This document shows, piece after piece, positions 26,601-61,850 of a stretch of 64,000 nt of DNA (its first letter is position 1; each line of letters begins with the position of its first letter). Below the pieces are notes generated by a model that saw only the letters and a list, made by a program, of their open reading frames with translations, ran no database searches and was not told the origin of the DNA. The stretch lies in the NCBI GenBank assembly GCA_965203295.1, contig CBDBCZ010000015.1:416001-480000 (forward strand), read 5' to 3'. Source of the DNA: Nitrospirales bacterium. Its GTDB lineage: Bacteria > Nitrospirota > Nitrospiria > Nitrospirales > UBA8639. The translations under genes and the position numbers were made by a program.

Positions 26601-29600
26601 TAGACTACCATAGTACCTATACATATGTATCAGGTATTTTAAACTGCTAAGAAAATTCATTAGCTCTCTTCTACGTGTACATACAATGCAACTAGAGGGC
26701 ATGTACTGTAGGTCGCATAATGTTGTACTGAACTCATGGAGTACTGAAGTAAACCGTTACTCAACTGAAGACAGGTATCACCAATCAGGGTAGTAACAAC
26801 CAGCGTCATTCATGCAGTAAGTTTTTTCCTTTTTGTAGATCCTGAGAATACCACATGCTTTGGAGGCCCACTTGGCCAGTTCTTGTCGAAGTATTTCCTT
26901 GGATATGAAATGATGATTATTGCCAGTTTCAAGAATCTCTTTCCACATGGGCACTGTAAGTCTACAGCTCTAGTTCTCACTAATTTGAAGCAATGTGGGT
27001 CTTTTATTCATTAATTTATCTGCTTGCATACATCAAATGAGTGGTCTCACACTACTGTAGTATATTATGCATTTGGCATCGATGCAGCTTCTGGGTACGT
27101 GAAGAACCTTGTTACTGGAAGCCAGTACTATTATCGAGTACAATGGATGGGCAAATGGCGGTATGGAGCTGGAATACTACCTGCACTTTTCTTTGTGAGT
27201 CTGTACTTTACCCTAAAATTTGAGTAGAAATTATTGATAATTATTGCTCAAAGTCTGTCGATCGATGATCTAGCCCTCTGCCCATTTTGGAACTTGAAAT
27301 ATCCCACAAGTAACTGACTTTGTGCCTACAGTACTGGCAAAATTAAAGGTGACATATGTAAGTGTTTACTCATATTATGTTGAATCCTGCTACTTATGGC
27401 AGTAGAGAACAGCTTAATTATCACTACTGAAACAGCTGAAGCATTGTGCCTGTATGTACGTAAGTGTTTATGTAGTGGCTACAGCCACGGCTCAGCATGT
27501 CTGCATACATACTGGCATATACAGGTATACAGCTATGCCTACAGTAAAAAATACACATACTTCTGCTCGTTGCTTTCTTGTTTCTTATTTACATTCCCAA
27601 ATGTTTTATAAGGAGACTTTTATATACATAAGTCCATGTTGTTCTCCATACAGACACTGGTGGCTTCACTATTAATAAGACAAGTTCATTACCACTTTTT
27701 CAAGTTCCTCAGTAAGTTTGAGAGTGTTTCTTACTAGCCTTACTGTGCTCAAGAAAACCCCCATATAGCACCTGTTGTACATGTAGCTATGAGCTCTTAG
27801 CATTCACCAACCTTGTGATGGCGTGCTATCGTTGCCCATGATGGCATCAGGCCTGCTGCAGGCAGATGTGACCCAAAGGTCTTTACACCTCTGAAGCAGC
27901 CGATTATTGATGCAAATCAATTTAAGTATACATGTAATTGTGAACTGTCATGTAGCACTCTTGTAAGCATCTTAGTGTATTACTAGCCTTAAAAGGATAC
28001 CAGTTCAAGTGATAGTGAATCCAAGGGAAATCAACCAAACGAATGTGAAGGAAATGAGAGGAGTGATGGCCCAACTACCAACAAACTATATTCAGTCAGA
28101 ATGCGCTCCTGATACAGCCTATGAATACTTTATTGTCAATTGCACTATGACTATACGTAGCTATGCTAGAGACTTTAAAGTAAAGTAATCATTAAGTACA
28201 GTAGTGCAGTGCAAGGTGTGGTACGGCCATTGCCATGCCAGTTGCACTGCGCCTGGATGTGCATGTGTATATAACTAATGTACAGTATGCAGTATGCAGG
28301 TTGAAGTAGTGTCTGTAGCGGTGGTATGTGCCCAGTAACAGTCAGAGCTCTGGACTAGTCTACCTATATTTACTATGAAATGGTTTCAGATTTGTGTAGC
28401 CAATTTTATAGATAGCATGATTGAGTGATATACGTAGATAGCAGCAAAATGTACTGATATTTTATTCTTTTTTAGTACACTTTCACAATCTCCTGAATCA
28501 AGGCATCCCTATGCCCATTCAGACTGGAGCTCAGATTCCATTTTTGATCATTACGTATGCTGCTATTGGTGAGTACTCTCATAAAATTCTTCACTTCAGT
28601 GTATGTAGTGATTTCATCTTTTCCCTCAGGTTTGATTATAGTAATGAGTGAAGCTCTCAGTGATGACAGTTTATTCTCTATTTTTATGGTGTTCACTGTT
28701 TGGGAGGCAGATCAGTTCTATGCCATTTTTTGCAAGCAAGATATCTCAAAGCAATTTTTCCCATGGTACGTACATATTTGATACATAAGGAAGCAGTGAT
28801 TGCTGCTTGTATTATCTTGAGTACCTTGCCTATTAATTCCTGTCCAACAAATTGTTGAGCTACAGAAATATTATACGCTTTGTGTGCAATTTAAAACACT
28901 TTTTTTTTTTTTCAGGTTCTTTTTTCTTTATCACTTCATTCCCTATGCCTACTATGTGAGGTTTAATGGCCAGTTCTGGTTTATTCCATTCCTGTTCCAT
29001 TGGTTACTTCTCCAGGTATGTTTATTAACCCTTGGCGCACATGCGCAGCGAGGGTTACAGTACTCAGTTTGTGTGCGAGTGTGTGTGTCTGTTACCTCGC
29101 TAACAGCTACGCCGTTAACGTATGGGTGCAAAGTAAGACACGAATCGAAAGCAAATGTGGTATCACTGGTTTTGACATGTGCGTGTGCCTTCAGCTTTTA
29201 GCTTGTGTCTTCTGCCCATGCATGCATGAAATAATAAAAGAGTAACAGACAATACAAAGTATTATATGCTATTAAAAAAAGAAACTACTATGGGATACAA
29301 ACGTAAGATTTAATACTGTATTTGCAACATTTTCTTTTTGCTTACTCATTCTAGATGCCGAAGTGTAGCATAATTATTTAGTATTTCGCAATAATCACGC
29401 CGAGGGTTATGCACTTCTGTGCTTTCATTGTCCTTGCAGACAGTTTGCTCTTATGTTCATGCAGCTGCCAATGGGTGGCCCTGATCCTTTGATAATAATT
29501 GTCTTTCCTTGCTGTTGCAGCATGCAATGCTCTACTTCTTGCACTACTGGGAGCTCCCAGCTGCACTTTTGGCCAGGCAAGGGGCCATACCAGTTCCACG

Positions 29601-30009
29601 AGACATCCAACCAAACTTACAAGACCAGTTGGCAGAAGAACCCCCTGCTGATGGGCAGGAGAACCAGGTCCCTCCACCTGTGTATGAGTTGAGTGACAAT
29701 GAAGATTTAGCTGAAGCTCAACCTGTTGAGGATCCTAGAAACAGGAGACAACGAACTGAAAATAGTCAAAGATTACCACACCAACCTGTGGTAACTCAAC
29801 GTATTTCAGGGGGCATTCATGTTGACGCTGATGGTGGAACTCGTGAACAGCAAAATGAATTTTCAAAAGAAGAGTGTAATTTTGGTGGCCCTTCCGCTCT
29901 TGTGAATGTGTCATCTACATCCATTAGATATAAGGACCAGCGGTCAATGTACAGGAGAAGTTACTCAACAGGTGGGACTGATGTTTCAGTGACAATGAAC
30001 AATTGGTGA
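23652..30009 (+). CDS. TMEM259: Membralin (TMEM259)-like ER membrane protein, ~633 aa; exons 23652-23780, 25644-26196, 26309-26428, 26839-26955, 27088-27194, 27654-27711, 28476-28568, 28630-28765, 28916-29015, 29521-30009
   Basis: All junctions are GT-AG and phase-compatible, giving 1902 nt open. Motifs matching membralin as I recall it: YVHFIFILDPKDCLQHV, LEFSQEPGYLSLSQSARARLNI, DPENTTCFG...FLGYE, GYVKNLVTG, VWEADQFYAIFC, FFFLYHFIPYAYYVRFNGQF, QHAMLYFLHYWELPA. Confidence 0.9.
29022..29430 (+). mobile_element. Helentron-associated non-autonomous element in membralin intron 9
   Basis: TTATTAACCCTTGGCGCACATGCGCAGCGAGGGTTAC 5' hairpin, GT-rich tract, 3' subTIR CCGAGGGTT plus GCACTTCTGTGC hairpin. 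Confidence 0.6.
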
Positions 30010-30679
30010 GGTTGTCGCTTCAATGAGAATCTAATGCATATATAACTACACTGTATAGAAAGGTGTTCAAAATCGAATGATGTAAAATGAATACACACAG
30101 GATTTTGCATTTCATTGGAGACATGCGTAGTTTATACACACCCGATTTTATTACATGATACCTTGTGTGTCAATGCATGCATGAAATGGCATTATGTAAT
30201 TGCTTGTTTGTGGGGTATTTTTCTTCTGAATCTGATGGGGTTGGGGTCTGTAGGTCTTGAAAATACACAAATATGCATGAACATAATTATTGTACCATGG
30301 TAAGGCGCCTGTATATACAGTGCACGTGGAGGATGTGGACGTGACCACCATGCAAAGGCCTACCTATGTGATGGGGGACAAGGTTAAGGAGGAGTTGGAG
30401 CACTATGGTAATACAGATTCAGTGGACACCAGCAAGCCCCCCCTCACAAGGGCTATCAGGGATCACTGCACACAGCAGAGTCTCCACCCCTGCAAACACC
30501 CATCAGAGATCACTAGACACCAGTAGAGCCCCCCAAAAGGCCATCTGAGATTACTGGAGACCACCCCACTGCAACTACAATACTGTAGAATCGGGATAAT
30601 AAGCGCCCATCGAAAATAAGCACCCCATGAATATAAGCACCCAATTAGATTACAACAACTATATCCCAATAGTAAGCAC

Positions 30680-31580
30680 TGTCACGTTTAATTTGGACCC
30701 CCTTCAAATTTGTTCCCCCCAGAATGAATTTTTATGAAATATATGGACCCCCCCCCCACCTAATAAATTTGTTTCCCCATGGGCCTGCGCGTGCAAGTTT
30801 GGATTGATTGTTGGCCTACGCTGTTCAGCCGGACGAGTTCATCCAGATTTGAACACTGGACTTGGGCATTGGGTTACAATTTCCACGATTGAAACATCCC
30901 ACTCAACTGTACATGTGTATGATAGCCTATACTTTTGTGCTGTAATGGCCACAGAGAAACCAGATTGCTGCTGTAATGGCCACAGAGAAACCAGAGTTAA
31001 TCCTCGAATTTATGGATGTACCGATTCAGTCAGGCACATTATGACTGTGGACTGTTTGCGATCACATTTGCCACTGCACTAGCCCTGGGAGAGAAGCCAG
31101 AGCTGTTCTTTTTCGATCAATCAAAGATGCGGGCACACCTCTGGCAGTGCCTTGAGAGAGGGAGGATAGAGATGTTTCCTGTCGTAAGGAAGCGGAGAGT
31201 AAAGAAGTCTTCAGTGAAGACTGTTGAAGAATTAAGTTCCAGTCTACTGCAAGTGTCGGATGCCAGAGTTACCTGGTGAACGGATGATAGAGTGTTTGTG
31301 TAAGGACTGGTACCACATAGACACTTGTGTGGGTGGTGCACTAATTCCTAGCCATCTTGACAGTAGTTTATCCTGGTTTTGTAAAAGTGTTTGTAAACTG
31401 CCGACATGTTGTTTATTAAGGACATCAGATTCTATGAGGGGGTCCATATTTTCCAAAGAAAAAGTTTTGGGGGGGTCTGTATACTTTAAAAAACTAGTTC
31501 GGGCACATGACTTTGGAGGGGTCCAAATTTTGCAGTGAAATACGTTTCGGGGGTCCATATTTTTTGAAAAATTAGTTCCA
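30680..31580 (+). mobile_element. Ginger-like transposon derivative carrying frameshifted Ulp1 protease + PHD finger fragment (~30850-31395)
   Basis: TGTCAC start and GGACCCCC-rich subterminal repeats like those of 59098-59832. Peptides GHWVTIST...VHVYDSL, DCGLFAITFATALALG...FDQSKMRAHLWQCLE, CRMPE...MIEC.CKDWYH..CV...WFCKS. Confidence 0.7.
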
Positions 31581-31581
31581 G

Positions 31582-32325
31582 TGTCAGAAACTTTTGGGGC
31601 CCCCATGGATTTGGGTCCCCCCCAGCCCCATTTCCACAGGATATTGGGGCCCCCGTCATAAATCTGAGGCCCCCTTTCCACTGGGTAATGTTAAGCAATC
31701 GCTTACAAGTCTATCGTTTCGTAAAGTGCGTGCATCAATGCCTGTCAATAAAACAAAGTGCACAAACTTCCCTAAGCACTTTGGGGTGTGATAATCATCA
31801 TGGAGGAGACGGAGAAAGAAGGACGATTCGATTACAGCAAAATTTATGCGTACATGCGTAGAACTGACATCCCAGCTTGGGTATGTCCGCAGTGCAACCA
31901 TGGAGAACAACGCACACCTTAAATTTAAACCCTGCTATTTAACTTTGACCAAGATTGTACATGCATAGCTATTTACATGCATAGCTATACACACTATAAT
32001 GTATAAGCACTGTTGTTTGGTGTATTTTAAGTACTATCTTTACTCAAATGCACGGTACAAATCCTAAGTCTTATGTGTGTAATAGTAAAGGTATTAATAA
32101 CAACCACTGCCTTTATTATGCTTATGATAGACGAGGGGCCCCATATCACTGATACTTTGGGGCCCCTGTTCCCATATTGCTTGTAAACTAAGGGGAGGTC
32201 CCATATTCCCAAGAGGAGCCCCATCTTCCCGGTAGTATGGGGCCCTAGGGGGCCCATATGACTGTTAAGATGGGACCCAGAGGGGAGGGGAGGGGGGGCG
32301 GGGGGGGGGCATTTTTACTGTGACA
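31582..32325 (+). mobile_element. Second Ginger-like internally deleted element
   Basis: TGTCA...TGACA termini and GGGGCCCC subterminal repeats. Internal MEETEKEGRFDYSKIYAYMR is joined to WVCPQC (PHD-like end). No TSD seen. Confidence 0.5.
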
Positions 32326-33015
32326 ACATTCGTACAAGAATAGGCACTCATAGCTTCTACTTGCAGCACTTCCCAGAAAGACGGCACCTTTTACAGCTGG
32401 AAGCCTCTGCCTATATTGATCAGTACGTCAGTAGTACAATTGAATTCATTTAAGTTTAATATGGCCTTCACAGCAGTTGGAGTGCTTCTTGCTAACTGTG
32501 TGGTCACAGATTCACAGTGTAATAGACAATCTAGAGGCATAAGCACTACAGTCATACCTGTAGTATAAAAGTCACACATGCGAGAAGCACGCTGCGATTT
32601 TATGTATCGTGAGTAAAAGCATCCCACGAGTATAAGCACCCATTCAGGTTACTAATTTCAAAAATAGACACCGGTGCTTATTATTCCGATTCTACGGTAA
32701 CATTTTGAGTGGGCTAGTAACTCTAGTAGACAACAAGTTCGAGATAACAGTTACCACAACTTGACGACCACACCATAATAGGGTGTCAACTGAATCTTAA
32801 GCTGTCGTAACAGTATTGTTAATAAGTCATAGCCAAAATAATACAAGTCAGAGACACTACAATGTATTGGTAGTTGTGCAAAAAGAGCTATCAATAGCTA
32901 GAAACAAACATTTATAAACTGGGTGTGAGAGAACTAGAAGTAGCATGTACAGAATTTAAGATATTCACACAACCCTAGTGGAGAAAGGCTGAACACACAA
33001 TTCTGCAAAAACATG

Positions 33016-54957
<21,942 letters not shown>

Positions 54958-55255
54958 GCTGCTACTGTGCCTGAATAAAATAAATGTTGCATTAGTGAGA
55001 AGATGGACTCAAAATTGATACCGCTTTATACAAAGAAATAAAGCCAGACTAAGCCAAACTCTGAGAGGGTACAACATGTAATAGCATGGGAGTTGTGTTC
55101 ATGCTCTAGCAGCTGTTTCAAAAAGCTCCATAAGACCAATCATTCCAACTGGCACTATAGTTTAAGGTCAATGCCAACATCAGATCACGGAAGAGTTTGT
55201 ACACTCCAGTGACATCATTGAACTACTCCACACGTTTTTGGCAGCTATGTAACCA

Positions 55256-55835
55256 GTACCAGCATTGCTGCCCTATCTTCTGCTGTTTCTTCACCTCATC
55301 AGGCCTACATCAGCACACACTCACATAAGTCTTCCCGATTTGAAACTAAACGGCAAGTTTGAATGGCCTAACTTAAAGCCTAAGAGAAGTACTGGTGACT
55401 ACCACTGTCTCATTGGTCGTTGGGTCACACAAGGTAGAAATCACACAGCCATGGTATTGATCACAGTTCAATGATCATCACTTTCATAAGCTATAGAATA
55501 CTGATCATACCCACAGTGACTGTATCACAGTCTTTATTGAAGGATAGCTACCTGTACCAGCATTGCTGCACTATCTTCTGCTGTTTCTTCACCTCATCAG
55601 GCCTATATCAGCACACACTCACATAAGTCTTCCCGATTTGAAACTAAACGGCAAGTTTGAATGGCCTAACTTAAAGCCTAAGAGAAGTACTGGTGACTAC
55701 CACTGTCTCACTGATCATTGGGTCACACAAGGTAGAAATCACACAGCCATGTATTGATCACAGTTCAATGATCACCACTTTCATAAATTATACTGATCAT
55801 ACCCACAGTGACTGTATCACGGTCTTTATTGAAGG
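55256..55835. repeat. Recent tandem duplication, ~298-bp period, two copies
   Basis: The copies starting GTACCAGCATTGCTGC at ~55256 and ~55554 are nearly identical, giving the twin ORFs MLxYLLLFLHLIRP. Confidence 0.92.
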
Positions 55836-55839
55836 TTAC

Positions 55840-56010
55840 CTACTTCGATCTTGTAGTTTTATGAAGACAGTCCAGTTTTCAGCTTCAACTGTTACGCACG
55901 ATGCCTCTAGTCATATCTAGGCTGGTAAAATGGAAATGTGACGTCCTTGACCGCGAAAAGTAGGTGTGGTGGATTGGAGCCCCGCCCCCCACATCACAGG
56001 GGCGTTTAGA
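55840..56010 (-). promoter_or_regulatory. Candidate PTBP non-coding first exon / promoter
   Basis: Donor-like AG|GTAACC at 55839, locally GC-rich, TGACGTC and CCCGCCCC boxes. The ATG-bearing exon 54970-54931 has a splice acceptor, so an upstream exon is expected. Confidence 0.4.
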
Positions 56011-59000
56011 GATCTGTCTATCTCGAGACAACGTGAGTTTTAGATATTATCATAAACAGTTTTATATTTTCATACTTAGTCTGGTTTTTGGGTAGTATTC
56101 CCCTTTAATTTCTGTATGGTGTAGCCGTCATAGATTTTTGTGTGAGCATATAGAGAAATCTGAACTCCCCAAGCTTCTATGATAGATAGATAGATAGATA
56201 CATAGATAGATAGTTAGATTTTTTCCGTCTCGCCCCAAGGGCAGCAGGCCACTTTTGGCCCATGAGACAAATACAATACTGGTACAAATAGAACACTATA
56301 ATAATTACAACAAAAAGAGTGGAGATTGAAAACAAGATATAGGAAGGAATAGTGGAAGGATAGTCCTTTCTCTCTCTTTTTTTATTATTATTTTTTTAAT
56401 ATTATAAATCACCAAACAAGGACCAAGACCACACTGGTAGCACTAGTTGGGATGTGGGTGGGATGATGATATAAATGAAAACTTGGTACTGATACACGTA
56501 GATAACAGTGCTTGGTGAGGGTTAAAGAACAGACGGGCAATGATAAGTCAAAGAGGGTTTTAAAGGTGGGTATGTGGCAGTACCAGTGTTGTACTTTTAG
56601 GTGCTGCCATTATGGATTATGAAGCAGATGTAAGGAAGGATAAGGGTTGGTGTGAGGGGTGTATAGGAGCAGTGCCAATGATATGGCTGATTTAAAATAA
56701 AGATTGAAGTGAGAAATGTGGTGTCAGCATGGTCCCCGTTAGTGAGTACATAAAAGGAACTTTAGAACTGTGATACAGCATTGAGATCGATGTTCGTAGG
56801 TAAGCGAGGAGTGTTAATACAAGCAGTTGGTAATGATGCCGTTAGCTGGAGCAAATGTATTTCAAAACAAGGATTGAAGTGAGAAGTGTGGTGGCAGCGT
56901 GGGTCTCGATTAGTGAATACATAAATGGAGCTTTTAATTTATATAAAAGAAAAATCAATGCATGGTGAGAAATTTGCCCCTCATAAAATTTACGTGATGT
57001 GTGTGTGTAATTAAGAACAATCTACTTAATATCCAATCCTCTGGACAAGGATAGTCCCTTGGATAAGTAAACTATATAGCGCTTGCACATCTAATCTTAG
57101 TACAGTGCCAATTTTCATTGAGACATTGTTTACCAGTTGCAAGCATGAAACCACTTTAGCATTTCACCATGCAGCCACCAGTATCTACAAATGCATTATA
57201 CTGTATTACACCCTCAGTGTTTCCATGTTCTAAAACAGGATTGCTCCTTCAGTGTACTCTCCATAAGGTGGGATCACATATTTTCCCTACAGTTCTGTTG
57301 GATTGAAACTGTAAATTGTGAATGCTAAGACAGTAAGCCTGCACCCACTTGTATAAGTATGCTCACCATGCTAAAGTGAATCTCATTTTACTGTCTTTAA
57401 TTGGTCTGCAATTAACTTTTGTTGAGTAGAGGTTGGCTTTCCAGTGACACTGAGCTACCAAACCACTGTACCTTTCCATGATCACAACATGGCGGGCCTT
57501 CCCCATGTTTAAGATCTATCCCCCTCTTTCGGATACCTCTTGGCTACAGCCCTTTGACTTAGGATAACTTATATACGAGTAATTGTCATGCAAAAATTAT
57601 CCTGTCGGTGTCAAGGGGCCACTTTAAATGGATTCCTTGTCACTAACTAATGAACCAATTACATAGACAATGCGCACCCTTGTAGGTAAAAGCGATCTTG
57701 TGTTTTATCTCGACAGGATACTTAACATTCACTGACATTCCCTAAAGCTCTAGTGGCAAAGATGACTTTAGACTTCAGAAACTCATTCTTATAAGATGAT
57801 AACAGTTGGAAGGAAAATGGAAAGTTCTACAGTCCATTATCGTCATTGCCATTAATTTAGCTTTTGCGATGGGGGTGAATGTTAAGTCCCTGAGGAGCTA
57901 TAACACACAAACACTTTACCTCCCTGTAGAATCATAGCTGGCCTTGTTTCATCAATGGGGTTTTCCCCCCTCAATCATTTCAACTACCATATTAGCTTGC
58001 CAACTATAACTTGCAAATTCTAATTAGAATATATTGCGTATATGGAGTGTCCGTGCCATTCCTACATAGAGAGTCTACCGACTCTCTGATAGCAGCCTAC
58101 ATACATGTATGTATCAGTCGTAGGCAAGTATATACATGTCCCATTATACATGTAAGTAGCATAAATTCAAGTGTATTTTATGATCATGCACGGGTGTCCT
58201 TTATGTTCCTCACTGGGACTGCTACACTGTGAGGACTGCTTATGCTGGACCTCCGGCTGAGGTTGTCACTGCCAGTTTCAACAAGCCCAACCTGCAGTAT
58301 TTTGTCACTGAGTGCCATTGCTGTCTTTCAGCTGCATACTTCAGTTTGTGCAAGTACAAAAGGACACATTACAATATAACTAGGGTTGCTCAAGTGCAAA
58401 TGCATGGGGCAAGTATTATTATACTGAATAGAGCACCAATAGAATTAGCCCTTAGCCCCTGTGTGCTAAATTATCACATAGATTTAGCTGTTCCTTCTCA
58501 TATATGCCTAGAATTTTGTATCCTCAGTACACTAGTTCCTTCTCAGATTACTGTGTACAAGGGGTATGTATGTCTGTACATGATTGATGTACAGGAGCAC
58601 AATATTTCCCAGTAGATGCATGTATTTTGAGTACACACACCAGCTTTGAGACCCAGGTGATGCTGTGTAATTGATGTGAAGGACTCTCTGAAGTCTGTTA
58701 CTAAAACATAATTGATTTCATTTTTGAATGAGATTGAGCTTGTAGTCTGTATAGCCGCGAGTTCACTGTGGAGGATGGTGAGATAAAGGAGAACATTAGG
58801 TTAAGGAGACAGGTTTATACGGAGATTAGTATTGGCAGGGAAGATAAATGGGGAGAGAATTACAAATTACGTTCAGAAATCAAAGAATTAGGTACGTAAG
58901 AAGAAATTAGATGGAATGAGGTGATTGAAAAGGTAAATAAAGATTTTATGAAAACAGGAATGAGTTTTGGGCATTTTTTGGCAAGACTTCAAAGGGGTTC

Positions 59001-59097
59001 TGCTTCTTTGGAGAGCACTTCAGGTTCAGACGTAACCAGTACTAAGGGAAAGTTGGAAATTTGGAAGTACTACGTGAGCATTATGAAAGGTTGGGTA

Positions 59098-59832
59098 TGT
59101 CACAGTAATAATGGACCCCCCAAAATTGGTTCTCCCCGGAACGAATTTTTCAAAAAATATGGCCACCCGCAACTTATTTCACTGTAAAATTTAGACCCCC
59201 TCTGAAAAATTTAAACCCCTAAAAGTCATGTTCCGGAACTATGTTTTTAATGAATATGGACCCCCCCCCTTCCCCAAAACTTTTCTTTGGAAAATATGGA
59301 CTCGCTCTGCCATTCTCTTGTACGTCTTAGACACTCCAAAGTGACCTGAAGTTGGCTCGGAGTGGCAAGCCTTCAGCACCCTTCTCTGCTCCTCTAGTGA
59401 TGTAATGACTTTCGCCTTGTTTTACAGCTGTTGAAAGAAGGCTTTGCCTTTATCTACGGTTAAGAGGGCAGCACGCTTCCTGACCGCTCTTTCCTTTTCC
59501 TTCATGAACTCGGGAGGGTAAGAGCTGTCCTAAGCATACCGAATGGCATATTCAAGTCAGTATCTCGTCTGCATTTTTGCTGTCACTCTCCGCCATTGCG
59601 GCCATCCAAAAGACAGTACATGTATACAAAATAAGCAAGAGCATCTTTTATACACCTCTGAGAGGCACTGACTTGCCTTCGTACGATTGTGGAACGGTCG
59701 GCAAGCAATTGATCCAAACTTGCACATGCAAGCTGGGGGGGAACAAATTTTTCAGGGGGGGGTCCATATATTTCAGAAAAATTCTTTCGGGGGGGGGAGC
59801 AAATTTGAAGGGGGTCCAAATTACACATGACA
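59098..59832 (-). mobile_element. Ginger DNA transposon deletion derivative
   Basis: TGTCA...TGACA termini with exact 4-bp TSD GGTA (59094-97, 59833-36). Minus-strand remnant YPPEFMKEKERAVRKRAA...RRVLKACHSEPTSGHFGVSKTYKRMAER matches the Ginger/GIN integrase N-terminal zinc-binding region. Confidence 0.85.
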
Positions 59833-61404
59833 GGTACGGCATCTGTGGATGATCAGTTTGATGATTGCTGGAAGGAGAATATAGAAAAGAAAGTAACAGA
59901 GTATAGTGACATGTCTAGTTCGAGAGAAAGGTTAGAAATTAAAATGTGGTTGAAAAGCCTAGAAAGTAATGATGGGCTAGTTGGGGAGCTTTTTAAATAT
60001 GGTGGCAAAGAATGCATAATCTGTTGAAAGCCTTGTATGAGGTAGTTTGGAGAGAGGAGAGTATTCCTAAACAATGGAGACAAGGATTAATTGTTAGTTT
60101 GTATGAAAAAGGTGATGCTGAGGACCCAGGTAATTACAGAGGCATTACATTATTGAATATGGTCGGAAAGTTGTTTTGCAATATTCTATATACTCGCTTA
60201 GTAAGCAGATTAAAATCAGAAAGGGCTCTTCATGAGGGTCAGGCAGGATTTAGAGAGAAAAGGAGTTGTGTTGATAACATCTTTACTCTAAATGAAATTG
60301 TACAAGGTAGAATGAAGGAAGAAAAGAATGCTTACACTTTTTTCTTAAAGCATTTGACACAGTTTAGCATGATGGTTTATGGTTTTAGTTATGGGAACTT
60401 GGGGTTAGGGGTAGGATGTGGAGAGATAATTATTAAGAATATGTATAACACCACACAGAGTGCTGTTTTACTGGAGGGAGAAATATCCAAGCCATTCAAT
60501 ATAGGTGAGGGGGTGGCACAGGGTTGTAGTATGTCGCCTATCCTCTTTTCCATTTTTTATGAGGTTGAGAAGGCTGGGATTGGCATTACTATTAAGAAGG
60601 ATGTTAAGGTTGGGGGGTCTAATGTTTGCTGATAAGTTTTGCTGAGAACTTCCAAACATTGATTAATGTAGTGCAGGGGTTTTGAAATAAATGGAGGTTG
60701 AAATCTAACATATAAAAAAGTGCTGTTGTTGTCTTGGCTAAAGAGGTTGGTACAGGTGCATACACATGGAAGTGGGGAGATTAAGTCCTTCCAGAGATTG
60801 TAAGTTACTGTTACTTGGGCATTGAATTTGCTAATAATGGTTCATGGGATAGTCATGTACAGAAGGTAATAAATACTGGAAAGAATAAATTTCACATAGG
60901 TTTTTAAGTAATCGGAATATCAGTACAGTTGTAAGAAGGATAATTTTTGTTAGTTTCAGTACTTCGCCATATGGTAGTGACGTGTGGGCTTGTAATTAGC
61001 GGCAGACCGCTTCCTTGGAGTCTATTCAGCTAGGAACAGCTAAAAAAGATACTTGGCTGCTCTTCTAAAACATGTAATGAAGCAGTAAGGGGGGATATGG
61101 GGTTAGAATCTTTGAAAGGCAGGAGGAATAAATGCAAACTTAAGTGGTGGTATAAAATCAATAATTTAGATGATGAGAGATATCCTGATTATACTAGACA
61201 GTGAGTGGGAAGTGAACCCGCTTAAAGGTAGGCAGAGGAAGACCTTGTGGAAAGTAGTTAGTGAGTTGTTGCTGCAGTTAAATTTAGGCAGTCAGGAAAT
61301 ACTAGCTGAAGATTACAATATAAACTTGTTCTTAGAGAGAGTAGATGAAGCATTGAGATGTAGAGAATATAAAAGCTTTAATGATGTCTTAAATAGTGTT
61401 TACT

Positions 61405-61850
61405 GCTGAGTATATTAGTAATATCCTCATGTTGCTGCCATAGCGTTTACACCATCGACCATGCACCCACAAACGCAGGCAGAGCTTGTAAAATCTCCAG
61501 TCAGAGGACAAGAGCAAGAGCAACCGGATGGTTCACCAGTACCATCCTGATTCCCATATAATTTATTCTACCTAGTATCCCAGATTAATATTAAACTCTT
61601 AACCAGTCTTAAAATCATACCTCTCCCAATTCTCACACCCTGAAACAAAGCCTGTTTCCTTAAAATTATTGAGTGCACTATACTCCTCAAAACTTCCACC
61701 CAACAGATTGTTGAAAGTATTTCTCATGGTATCATGCACAGGACACTCCCAGAGCACATGTACTACACTCTCACATTCATCCCCACATAACTTGCAATGC
61801 CTGTTGTCATTTTTACTCCTATGTCATCCTAACTCTTCATTCAGACCATT
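61405..61850 (-). mobile_element. Short 5'-truncated LINE copy inserted antisense in a same-family LINE
   Basis: Zinc-knuckle region plus 3' end on the minus strand. The host LINE peptide resumes at ~61850 (EFKNY...GTRLMCKFRLGTIGLNEELRRH). Confidence 0.75.

Larger units (their letters stand above)
30583..32697. mobile_element. TA-flanked TIR element hosting nested Ginger derivatives
   Basis: TIR CTGTAGAATCGGGATAATAAGCGCC / rc CCGTAGAATCGGAATAATAAGCACC; TA at 30581-30582 and 32698-32699. Confidence 0.75.

Noticed and set aside
56161..56960. Possible CR1-like LINE 3' remnant with (ATCT)n tail on the minus strand
   Set aside because: Too degraded to show a diagnostic motif.
61405..61850. Twin-priming inversion of the LINE
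   Set aside because: The inverted piece has its tail facing inward and the host LINE resumes with its own 3' end, which fits a separate insertion better.
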